This document shows positions 1 through 8,348 of a DNA stretch of 44,422 nt, piece by piece. Both the position numbers and the translations under genes were made by a program. Each line of letters starts with the position of its first letter. The stretch's first letter is position 1. The notes beneath the pieces are model-generated. The model had not been told where the DNA came from. It did no database searches and saw only the letters and a list, made by a program, of their open reading frames with translations. The stretch is from an uncultured Bacilli bacterium (lineage in GTDB: Bacteria; Bacillota_I; Bacilli_A; RF39; UBA660): positions 1-44,422 of the forward strand of contig CANQIV010000003.1 in the NCBI GenBank assembly GCA_947624135.1, in the 5' to 3' direction.

Positions 1-2205
1 GCATTCACCCTAATAGAACTTTTAGCTGTAATAGTAATATTAGCTATAATAGCAGTCATAGCTACCCCAATAATTTTAGGAGTAATAAATGATTCAAAAT
101 ATAAAGCATTTAAATTAAGTCTAAATAATATAGAACACGCATATGAATTATATGCAACACAAAATAATATCGAACCAGGAACAGAAATAGATATAAGTAA
201 ACTACCTCTTGATGCAAAGAATTTAAAAGGAAAAGTATTTTTAAATGAAGAAGGAAAAATAGAACTAAAAGAAGTAACCGATGGAACATATAGTGCGGAA
301 GGAACACTAGATGATTTAAGTATGCTTAAAGGGACAGTAGAAGATTTACTAGCTAATAGATTAGAAATAAACGTAAATGTAATTACTAATGCAAGGAGTC
401 TAGTAGTAACAGTAGAAACAATAGATGGAGTACCAACAAGCTATAGTTATCAAATATTAGAACCCGAAGAATATAAAAAAGAAATAAATAACATAAAAGA
501 AAATACATATACATTTGATAAATTAAAAATAGATACAGAATATAAAATAAAAGTAATAGTAAAAAACAAAGTAGGATTAACAAAAGAGATAACAAAGACA
601 GTAAGAACCGAAAAAATAGATGATATAAAATTAGAATTAAATCCAAAAGATGAATATATAAAAGAAGGAACAGTAACAATAACATATCCAAAACTTGATA
701 ATGTTACATATAAATATAGTTGGGATAGTGGAGAATTTGTAGAAGCAGATGTAAGTATAGATGGAGATAAAGCAACAACAACAATACCAGCAAAAAATGG
801 AACACTTAAAGCAATAATAGTAGATGGAGAAGAAACTTTATTAACAAACTTATTAATAATAAATAATATAGATACTACAGGGCCAACTTTTTCAACAGAA
901 CTAAGTGAAAAAAATGTAACAATAATAGCGACAGATGATAAAAGTGGATTACATGAAACTCCATATAGTTGTGATGGAACATGGCAAAAATCAAATATAT
1001 GTAAGTTCACAACAATAGGAAATCATATAGTAAATGTAAGAGATGCTGTAGGGAATGTTGGAACACAACAAGCAATAAGTATTTCAGAGACACCAGTATT
1101 AGGAAATTTAAAACCAGTAGTGTATAAAGATAATAACTGGGTAGTAGCTGATACCTCTAAAGAGTGGTATAATTATTCAAATCAAGAATGGGCTAACGCA
1201 GTATTATTAAGAACAGGAGTAAGTAAAACAACAGGACAAACAGTAACAGTAACAGGAACTAATCCAGAAGCAATAGCTATGTTTGTATGGATACCAAGAT
1301 ATGAATATAAAATAACAAATTCGGGTTCAAGAGTAATAGATATAAATTTTATATCAAAAAGTACAACATATAAAGATACAAATAGTAATGGATATAGAGT
1401 ACATCCAGCCTTTACATTTGGAACAGAAGAATTATCAGGAATATGGGTAGGAAAATTTGAACCAAGTCATACAACATTATCTGCATCTAGAAATATTAAT
1501 AATTTAGGATGTAGTGATAATAATTGTGAAAGTGCAGATGGACTTAGAATACTACCAAATGTAGAAACTTTAAGATATAATAATGTATCAAATACATTTT
1601 ATGCAATCCAATCAATGGATAATAGATTAAAATTATCTGGAGATTTACACCAAATGAAAAATGGTGAATGGGGAGCAGTAGCATATTTAGCACAAAGTAA
1701 ATATGGAATAAATAAGGAAATTGAAATAAATGATAGTAGTACATATTTAACAGGTGATGGAGATTACATAACAAATGTAAATCAATCAACAACAGGAAAT
1801 ATAACAGGAATATATGATATGAGTGGAGGAGCATGGGAAAGAGTAATGGCTTATTACGAATCAGCATATAACACAACACCAGATTTAAAATTACCATGGG
1901 GTTCAACATCAACAACAAATTATGCAGGTTTTACATCTCAAATTCCTTCAAAATATTACGATAGTTACACAAGTACAACATCAGCGGAAGCATGTGGTGG
2001 AAAAGTATGTTATGGACATTCACTTTCAGAAACAGCAGGATGGTATGGAGATTATAGTTACTTTGTTTCTTCTGCGCTACCTTGGGTCTTTCGTGGAGGT
2101 CACCTTGGCGGCGGTGCTCGTGCAGGGGTGTTCGCGAATGGCAACTACTACGGCGGTCCGGAGAGCTACAATTCGTTCCGCGCTGTGTTGGTACAGACTA
2201 CATAA
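1..2205 (+). CDS. Type IV prepilin-like surface protein, copy 1 (5' end outside window): pilin N-terminus, FN3/Ig-like domains, C-terminal FGE-like C-type-lectin (CLec) domain; probable DGR target
   Basis: Frame 1 is open from base 1 (AFTLIELLAVIVILAIIAVIATPIILGVI..., class III signal A|FTLIE) and runs into the 322..2205 ORF. The C-terminus has GIYDMSGGAWE and WVFRGG...AGVF...SFRAVL motifs. Confidence 0.85.
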   Translation, partial: AFTLIELLAVIVILAIIAVIATPIILGVINDSKYKAFKLSLNNIEHAYELYATQNNIEPGTEIDISKLPLDAKNLKGKVFLNEEGKIELKEVTDGTYSAEGTLDDLSMLKGTVEDLLANRLEINVNVITNARSLVVTVETIDGVPTSYSYQILEPEEYKKEINNIKENTYTFDKLKIDTEYKIKVIVKNKVGLTKEITKTVRTEKIDDIKLELNPKDEYIKEGTVTITYPKLDNVTYKYSWDSGEFVEADVSIDGDKATTTIPAKNGTLKAIIVDGEETLLTNLLIINNIDTTGPTFSTELSEKNVTIIATDDKSGLHETPYSCDGTWQKSNICKFTTIGNHIVNVRDAVGNVGTQQAISISETPVLGNLKPVVYKDNNWVVADTSKEWYNYSNQEWANAVLLRTGVSKTTGQTVTVTGTNPEAIAMFVWIPRYEYKITNSGSRVIDINFISKSTTYKDTNSNGYRVHPAFTFGTEELSGIWVGKFEPSHTTLSASRNINNLGCSDNNCESADGLRILPNVETLRYNNVSNTFYAIQSMDNRLKLSGDLHQMKNGEWGAVAYLAQSKYGINKEIEINDSSTYLTGDGDYITNVNQSTTGNITGIYDMSGGAWERVMAYYESAYNTTPDLKLPWGSTSTTNYAGFTSQIPSKYYDSYTSTTSAEACGGKVCYGHSLSETAGWYGDYSYFVSSALPWVFRGGHLGGGARAGVFANGNYYGGPESYNSFRAVLVQTT
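2071..2190 (+). other. Putative DGR variable region (VR)
   Basis: Hand count: 73/120 G+C (61%) and 15/120 A, inside an A-rich gene. Many NNC/NNT codons lie between fixed RGG, AGVF and SFR residues at the 3' end of a CLec-like domain. Confidence 0.7.
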
Positions 2206-2226
2206 GCTTGCTTATGTAGTTTTTTT
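2197..2226 (+). terminator. Hairpin ACTACATAAG-CTTG-CTTATGTAGT plus T-run overlapping the stop codon; intrinsic terminator, possibly also a DGR target hairpin
   Basis: Perfect 10-bp stem 2197-2206/2211-2220 followed by T6. Confidence 0.75.
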
Positions 2227-2251
2227 ACTAAAATATGATTTTTTGTTCGAT

Positions 2252-2280
2252 TTGACAAATACATATAATCGTGCTAGAAT
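2252..2280 (+). promoter_or_regulatory. SigA-type promoter
   Basis: TTGACA-17bp-TAGAAT with extended -10 TG; GAAGGGGG RBS before ATG 2312. Confidence 0.7.
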
Positions 2281-2311
2281 ATGTGTTAAATTTTTGAAGG
2301 GGGAAATTTAT

Positions 2312-4543
2312 ATGAAAGAAATTTTAGAAAAATTAGATCAAGTTATGCAACAATTTTATGATAAAAAGAAAGAAAATGATATATTATTTAATGCTAACAA
2401 AATGGAGGAATCAGTTTTAAAAGAAAGAAAATTATTTTTAAGTCAAAAAAGATCAAATGAAAGAAAAGCGATAAAAAAACAATTAGAGACTATAAAAAAT
2501 AAAAAAATGAGTTTAATATCAGAACAGGTTCCATCAATGGATAATTTTGAAAAGTCTTGTATTACTAGAGGATATAAAAGAGTTTTACTTGATAAAAAAG
2601 AGGAAGAATTAATTTCCAAAATAAATGATATAAATGAAAAAGAACAAGAATTTGAAACATTAAAAACAGAATTAAAAAAGATACAAAATGATAAAAATAG
2701 TATTATGAAACCATTTATGTTGGGTATAACTGAATACGATAGTATGTTAAGTGATTCATTTAACGAAGAATACCTAAATGTTGAAAATAAAATTATTTCT
2801 AAAATAAATTCATTAAAAGAACAATTAGTAGAAAAAGAACAATTAGAACAAGAATTAGAAAATTTAAGATTAAATAAAGATAGTAAAATATCTGAAACAT
2901 CTATAATAGATACATTATATGGACAATTAGATTATGATCAAAACTTAAATTTTAAAGTTAAAGGAATAAAAAATAGAAAATATGGATCACAAAAAAATAA
3001 ATTAGAAGAAAAAACAACAAATGAAGAAATAAGTAAATCATTTATATTAGATAGTATTACAAGATTATATGATAAATTAGAAGAAAAATATGAAAAAAGA
3101 ATAAAAATGCTTCTTAAAAAGACAGATGAAGAAAAACAAATAGAAAAGAAATGTAAAGAAATAGAAAAAAGACCAAATTATGATAAAGTTTATTCAAGGG
3201 AAATGTTCGAATTAAAATATGAATTACAAAAAGTTATCACACCTGAAAAAACAAGAGTAGAAATTTTATTAAAAACAAAAGGAAAAGAAAGACAAAATAT
3301 AATTTCTGAAACTGAAAAAATTAAATTTGAAAAAGTAGAAAAATTAAATGAAATAGAAAAAGAAATTGACTTATTAGCTGAAGAATTTAAATCACTTAAA
3401 AATCAATTAGATGATAATATATGTGTAGTTAATGAAGAATTTAGAACAGCTTTATTAAATAAACTTAACTTTACTAAAGAACAAAGATTAAATATAAAAA
3501 ATGAAATAAGTCAAATTACAGTTGATACAAAAGATTTAGATTTTGAAATATCAAATTTAGAAAATGCTTTAAATATAATTAATAATTATTTGAAGCTCCT
3601 TGAAATTAATGATAATGAAAAGAATGCATATTTCACACAACTTAATGAAATAGAACAAATGGAATATGATAGAAGAGTATTAGAAAAAAGTAAAAAAGTT
3701 GCTGAACAAAAAGAAATAGAAAGATTAACTATGGAACAACAAAGACTTGAAGAACAACAAAAAGAACTTATGTTAAAAATGCAAAAAGAACAAGAAGAAC
3801 GTGAAAGAAAACTTAAAGAGCAACAAGATTTAGAATCATTCTTAAATAATATAAAGAAACAAAGAAAAGAATCTGAAAAGAAATCTAAATATATAGATGA
3901 AATTATGGGAGAGATAGATATAACTAGTGCTGAAAATACAAAAACAAAATTTGAACCATCAAAAGTAGTTATTGAAAAACCAATTCAAATAATTGAGGAA
4001 CCAATTAAAACAGTTGAAGAACCAGTTCGTGTAGTAGAAGAACCAATAGAAGAAATTGAGGAACAACAATTAGAAATATCTGAAGACTCATTAAACCCAG
4101 TATATAATATCGAGCCAACATCAACGATTGATGAAGAACCATCTATCGAAGATAAAGGAGAAGTAATTTCAACTATAGATAATGAAGACTTATCACTAGC
4201 TGATGAACAAAGTAAAGATTTTGAAAATGAATTAAAAGAAATATTTGATATTTCAGAAGAAATAGAACAAATATTTAAAACAAAGAATTATGAATCTGAA
4301 TCAACTATTAAACAAGAAGATTATGTACCAAATGTTATAGAAGATGATGTAATTTTATACGTTAAAAAGAATAAAAAAAATAACAGAACTAATTTAATAA
4401 AAGAAGATTCTAAAAAAAATAAATCTATAAAGGAATTAATTGCTGATTTTGAGGAACCACTTGATTTAGATGAAATTGATTTTAGTTTTGAAGATTATGA
4501 AATAGAAACAAAATCAAAGCAAAAATGTAAAAAGATTAATTAA
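2312..4543 (+). CDS. Hypothetical coiled-coil protein with acidic C-terminal tail (paralog of 4643..6034)
   Basis: Start moved from 1922 to ATG 2312 because of the RBS and promoter. E/K-rich heptads and EEP repeats. Confidence 0.8.
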   Translation: MKEILEKLDQVMQQFYDKKKENDILFNANKMEESVLKERKLFLSQKRSNERKAIKKQLETIKNKKMSLISEQVPSMDNFEKSCITRGYKRVLLDKKEEELISKINDINEKEQEFETLKTELKKIQNDKNSIMKPFMLGITEYDSMLSDSFNEEYLNVENKIISKINSLKEQLVEKEQLEQELENLRLNKDSKISETSIIDTLYGQLDYDQNLNFKVKGIKNRKYGSQKNKLEEKTTNEEISKSFILDSITRLYDKLEEKYEKRIKMLLKKTDEEKQIEKKCKEIEKRPNYDKVYSREMFELKYELQKVITPEKTRVEILLKTKGKERQNIISETEKIKFEKVEKLNEIEKEIDLLAEEFKSLKNQLDDNICVVNEEFRTALLNKLNFTKEQRLNIKNEISQITVDTKDLDFEISNLENALNIINNYLKLLEINDNEKNAYFTQLNEIEQMEYDRRVLEKSKKVAEQKEIERLTMEQQRLEEQQKELMLKMQKEQEERERKLKEQQDLESFLNNIKKQRKESEKKSKYIDEIMGEIDITSAENTKTKFEPSKVVIEKPIQIIEEPIKTVEEPVRVVEEPIEEIEEQQLEISEDSLNPVYNIEPTSTIDEEPSIEDKGEVISTIDNEDLSLADEQSKDFENELKEIFDISEEIEQIFKTKNYESESTIKQEDYVPNVIEDDVILYVKKNKKNNRTNLIKEDSKKNKSIKELIADFEEPLDLDEIDFSFEDYEIETKSKQKCKKIN

Positions 4544-4557
4544 ATTAATCTTTTTTT
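4529..4557 (+). terminator. Intrinsic terminator
   Basis: AAAAAGATTAAT-TAA-ATTAATCTTTTT plus T-run at the stop codon. Confidence 0.6.
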
Positions 4558-4558
4558 G

Positions 4559-4587
4559 TTGCAAATTCTTGTTAAACATGTTATTAT
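4559..4587 (+). promoter_or_regulatory. SigA-type promoter
   Basis: TTGCAA-17bp-TATTAT with extended TG. Confidence 0.5.
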
Positions 4588-4642
4588 TATAGTAGAGTGT
4601 AGGCGCACTAAAGTAAGTTTTGTATGTATGGGAGGTAATATA

Positions 4643-6034
4643 ATGGAAAATGTAATGGAAAATACATATGAAGTGATAGAAAAAATAATGAATCTCTATT
4701 ATGAAAAAGATAAGGAAAATAAAGAACTTTTCAATAAAAAAGAAAATGATACTATAAGATTAAATAAAGAACTTTCTGAATTTCAAGATAAAAAAATGAA
4801 AAGAATTGATTTTTTAACAAGAAAATTACAAGATTTGGACAAAGAAAAAGAAAGTGCAATAAATAAATATTTTCAATCTGAATTAGAAGCAGGGCAACAA
4901 CAAAGTGTAAATGCAAATGTAAATCAAGATGTAAAAGAACAACAATATCAACAACAAATTGCTCAAATTGATTCAAAATTAAATGAAATTAGTTCTAAAG
5001 AAGAAAAAAGAAATGAATTAATGAAAAAAATAGCAGATTATAAAGCACATAAAAATGATAGATATCAGATTTATTTAAGTTCATGTTCAGTAAATAGACA
5101 AATAAGTCAAGTTGAATTAGAAGCCTTAAAAACAAAATTCATGGCTAAAGATAAAAAAGAATTAATGGACATGCTTGAAAATTTATATAGTTTAACTGAA
5201 GAACTAATGGAAAAAAATGCACTTGAGTCACAATTAAATGCTATAAAATTAGAAAGAAAAAAAGAATTTGGAGAAAATGTTCCTACAGGTTTTGAACTAC
5301 ACAAAGCTGAATATCATGAACAAAAAATAAGAGCAATGTTTGATAAAGAATATGATAACCAAAAGAAATTAATTATGAATGAGTTAGCAGAACTTGAAAA
5401 TGAATCAGATTTTGAAAAGAAATTAAAAGAAGAATTAAATTCTGTAGCTACTATGCCAAATTATAATAATGTTTATTTAAAAGAAATGTTTGATTTTAAA
5501 TATGAAGCAAGAAAAATTTTGGGAAAAGCAAAAACTAAAATAGAGTGTGAATTAGCAGAAAAAAATATGGAAAAGTCAGATATTCTTGATGGAGTATCAT
5601 CAGAGTTAAAGAATAAATATCTAAAAAGAGATGATATTGCAAATGAATTTGTAAATTTACCAAACCAATTAGATGATAATAAAAATCCAATCAATGAAGA
5701 AGAAAGAAATAAATTAAAAAATCAATTAAGTCAAATTCAATTAGAAATTGCAGAAATAGAGAAGATACATGGAGAGGCTGTTTTAGAAGCTAATAAAGTA
5801 TCAAAAGTTATAGATAATTTAAATAAACTTATGGAAATAATAAATAAGAGTTTAAATGCTATTCAACCAAATAGTGGAGAAATAGCTGCATTTACAACAA
5901 TGTTGACTACAGAAGAAGAACAAGAATATAATAGAAGAAAAGATATAAATAAGAAATTTGACATTAGTGAAGACCAATTCTTACTAGATGGAGATAACGT
6001 AACCTTTACTGGAGGCGGAACTGTTAAATTCTAG
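4643..6034 (+). CDS. Hypothetical coiled-coil protein (paralog of 2312..4543)
   Basis: GGAGGT RBS before ATG 4643. Shares PNY..VY..EMF..KYE and NQLDDN...NEE.R motifs with the upstream gene. Confidence 0.8.
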   Translation: MENVMENTYEVIEKIMNLYYEKDKENKELFNKKENDTIRLNKELSEFQDKKMKRIDFLTRKLQDLDKEKESAINKYFQSELEAGQQQSVNANVNQDVKEQQYQQQIAQIDSKLNEISSKEEKRNELMKKIADYKAHKNDRYQIYLSSCSVNRQISQVELEALKTKFMAKDKKELMDMLENLYSLTEELMEKNALESQLNAIKLERKKEFGENVPTGFELHKAEYHEQKIRAMFDKEYDNQKKLIMNELAELENESDFEKKLKEELNSVATMPNYNNVYLKEMFDFKYEARKILGKAKTKIECELAEKNMEKSDILDGVSSELKNKYLKRDDIANEFVNLPNQLDDNKNPINEEERNKLKNQLSQIQLEIAEIEKIHGEAVLEANKVSKVIDNLNKLMEIINKSLNAIQPNSGEIAAFTTMLTTEEEQEYNRRKDINKKFDISEDQFLLDGDNVTFTGGGTVKF

Positions 6035-6051
6035 GGGAATATAATTTAAAT

Positions 6052-6078
6052 TACTGGTAAAAATGCCAGTAGTTTTTT
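6052..6078 (+). terminator. Intrinsic terminator
   Basis: TACTGGTA-AAAA-TGCCAGTA followed by a T-run. Confidence 0.6.
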
Positions 6079-6158
6079 AAATCTTATTTGTAATAAAAAA
6101 TTAGATAATACTACTTGAAAAGATGTAAAAATAGTGATAAAATTAATATGGTGATGAT

Positions 6159-6533
6159 ATGTATAATCGTGGTTTTACATTAGTCGAACTTACTGCAATA
6201 ATAGTTATTTTGGCGATTATATTTTTAATATCTTTTCCTAACTTGTTAAATATATCAAAAAATGATGAGAAAAAATTATATGAATCAATGAAAAATGACT
6301 TATGCAAAGCAGGTGAAACATATATATATTCCAATCTAAATGATTTTGATATACTTGAAGAAGGAAAAAAGATACAAATACCTATAGAAGATTTAATAAA
6401 AAATAATTTAGTCGATAAAAACAAAAAGAATCCAAAAACTAAAAATAATGTAGGCCAAGATGAATTAATATATACTGTACTTACAGATGGAACATTAGAA
6501 TGCGAATATGTTGAATTTAAGAAGGAAGGGTAA
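6159..6533 (+). CDS. Small type IV pilin / ComGC-like prepilin
   Basis: MYNRG|FTLVELTAIIVILAIIFLISFP class III signal peptide; 124 aa; two Cys. Confidence 0.8.
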   Translation: MYNRGFTLVELTAIIVILAIIFLISFPNLLNISKNDEKKLYESMKNDLCKAGETYIYSNLNDFDILEEGKKIQIPIEDLIKNNLVDKNKKNPKTKNNVGQDELIYTVLTDGTLECEYVEFKKEG

Positions 6534-6535
6534 TT

Positions 6536-6769
6536 ATGTTGGAAAAAGGTCAAATAATAAAATTAGATGATAATAAAGAGTATATGGTAGTAGACATTAT
6601 AGAACTACACAGTATAAAATATGTTTATTTAGTTACAACTATTAAACCTATAGATATTTTAATAGCTACTGTTAAGTCAGAAAATGGAAACATATCTTTA
6701 GATGAAGTAAAAGATAATAATGAATTAGATTATGTATTAAGTAGTTTTGGACTTAAAAAAGATGAATAA
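6536..6769 (+). CDS. Small hypothetical protein
   Basis: 77-aa ORF with AAGGAAGGG RBS, coupled to the pilin gene. Confidence 0.7.
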   Translation: MLEKGQIIKLDDNKEYMVVDIIELHSIKYVYLVTTIKPIDILIATVKSENGNISLDEVKDNNELDYVLSSFGLKKDE

Positions 6770-6789
6770 ATAAAAACAGGAGGTATAAT

Positions 6790-8268
6790 ATGGAAGGTGC
6801 TAAAGAAAGAGTAAATCAAATTATAGAATCTTTAAATAATAATCAATATGATTCTGATGAAATAAGAAATATGACAAGAGAATTAATTCAAATACGTGAA
6901 GAATTAATTAATGAAAAAGATTTGCTAAAATATGAAAGATTAAATGCCTTATTAGATTTAAGAGAAAAAGAAGCAAAAGGTGAAGTAGTAGATTACAGCA
7001 ATATTGAAAAAATAGAAACTACAATGAAAGATATAGATTCAATTTTAGATGTTATAAGCGAAAATTTAAAATTAATTGATTCTAAAAAAGATATTATTTT
7101 TTCAAAACCAAAGGATACACAAAATGATAATTTTTCACATGAAGAACCAATAGTTGAACCTGTAGTAGAAGAACCAGTAGAAACTAGACAATTTATAGAA
7201 GAATCACAAATTCCAACGGAAAATAATGAATTAACACTTGAAAATTCTTTAGAATCAGAAAATATTGATTTAAAAGATGCTATAGAACCACCAGTAATAG
7301 AAGAAACTGAAGAAACTATAGGAGAGCCAGTTCTTGATACAAATGTAGTAGAAGAACCAGTAATAGATGAGGTTCAAGTACCAGAAGAACCAATAAGTGA
7401 TGAAATTGAACAACCAGTAATCGATGAGATTCAAGATATAAATGTCGATAAATTTCCAACTTTAACTGACGATGAAATTGAATTTTTAGATAGAAAAGAT
7501 GTAATTATTCCAAGCAAAAAAGATTTTGAGGTTAACATAGATTATAGTAAAAATACTTACGATGAAGACAATGAAACAACTGGAGATAAAATATACGATG
7601 TTAAAGATAATGAAAAAGATGATTTTCTAGATTTTAGTTTACCAATAGAAATAGAAGAAAATGTAGATGAAGTTGAAGATGAGGTCGTAGTAGATAATAT
7701 GGAAAATTTATGTGAACAAATTTATTATGACATTATCTCTAATATGGAAACATTAGAAACAATAAAATTAGACAAAACTGAAAGTGGTAAATTACAATTT
7801 AATAACGATATTGAAAACTATTTTGATGGAGAAATAGATACAACTATAGATTTCGCATACGGTGAATTTATTAAAATTGATGATATAGATGAAGCAATTC
7901 AAAAATATTATAATAAAGATAAAGGTAAAAAATATGTTGTAACTGAACAAAATAAAACATTTAATATATCTGCATCTAAAATAAAGAAAATAAATAAAGT
8001 ATTAAAAACTCGTAGTATAATTGAACTTGTTAAAAATAATAAATTAAGTGAAAGTGATATAAAAAGAGTTTATGGTAAAAATAGAAATTCTAAAAAAGTA
8101 TATAAACTTGGTGAGGTAGATACAAACGCTAAAGCAGGAGTATATATTCAAAAAGAAGAAATGATAGCTGTATTAGATAATGTATTAAAATCTCAAAGTA
8201 AAAAATTAGAATGGTTAAAAAATATTAAAGATAAATTTACAAAGAAAAAACAATTAACTAGACAATAA
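6790..8268 (+). CDS. Hypothetical protein with acidic Glu/Pro/Val-rich central region
   Basis: GGAGGT RBS; repeated EEPV/EEPI/EQPVID units. Confidence 0.8.
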   Translation: MEGAKERVNQIIESLNNNQYDSDEIRNMTRELIQIREELINEKDLLKYERLNALLDLREKEAKGEVVDYSNIEKIETTMKDIDSILDVISENLKLIDSKKDIIFSKPKDTQNDNFSHEEPIVEPVVEEPVETRQFIEESQIPTENNELTLENSLESENIDLKDAIEPPVIEETEETIGEPVLDTNVVEEPVIDEVQVPEEPISDEIEQPVIDEIQDINVDKFPTLTDDEIEFLDRKDVIIPSKKDFEVNIDYSKNTYDEDNETTGDKIYDVKDNEKDDFLDFSLPIEIEENVDEVEDEVVVDNMENLCEQIYYDIISNMETLETIKLDKTESGKLQFNNDIENYFDGEIDTTIDFAYGEFIKIDDIDEAIQKYYNKDKGKKYVVTEQNKTFNISASKIKKINKVLKTRSIIELVKNNKLSESDIKRVYGKNRNSKKVYKLGEVDTNAKAGVYIQKEEMIAVLDNVLKSQSKKLEWLKNIKDKFTKKKQLTRQ

Positions 8269-8293
8269 GGTACTGTAATTAGTACCTTTTTTT
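8267..8293 (+). terminator. Intrinsic terminator
   Basis: AAGGTACT-GTAATT-AGTACCTT plus T-run. Confidence 0.7.
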
Positions 8294-8348
8294 ATTAAAA
8301 ATATTTTAAATTATATTTATTTTTGATATACTATTATATGGTGGTAGT

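Noticed and set aside
1922-2311. N-terminal extension of the 873-aa ORF
   Set aside because: Overlaps pilin copy 1 and its terminator; the promoter and RBS point to ATG 2312.
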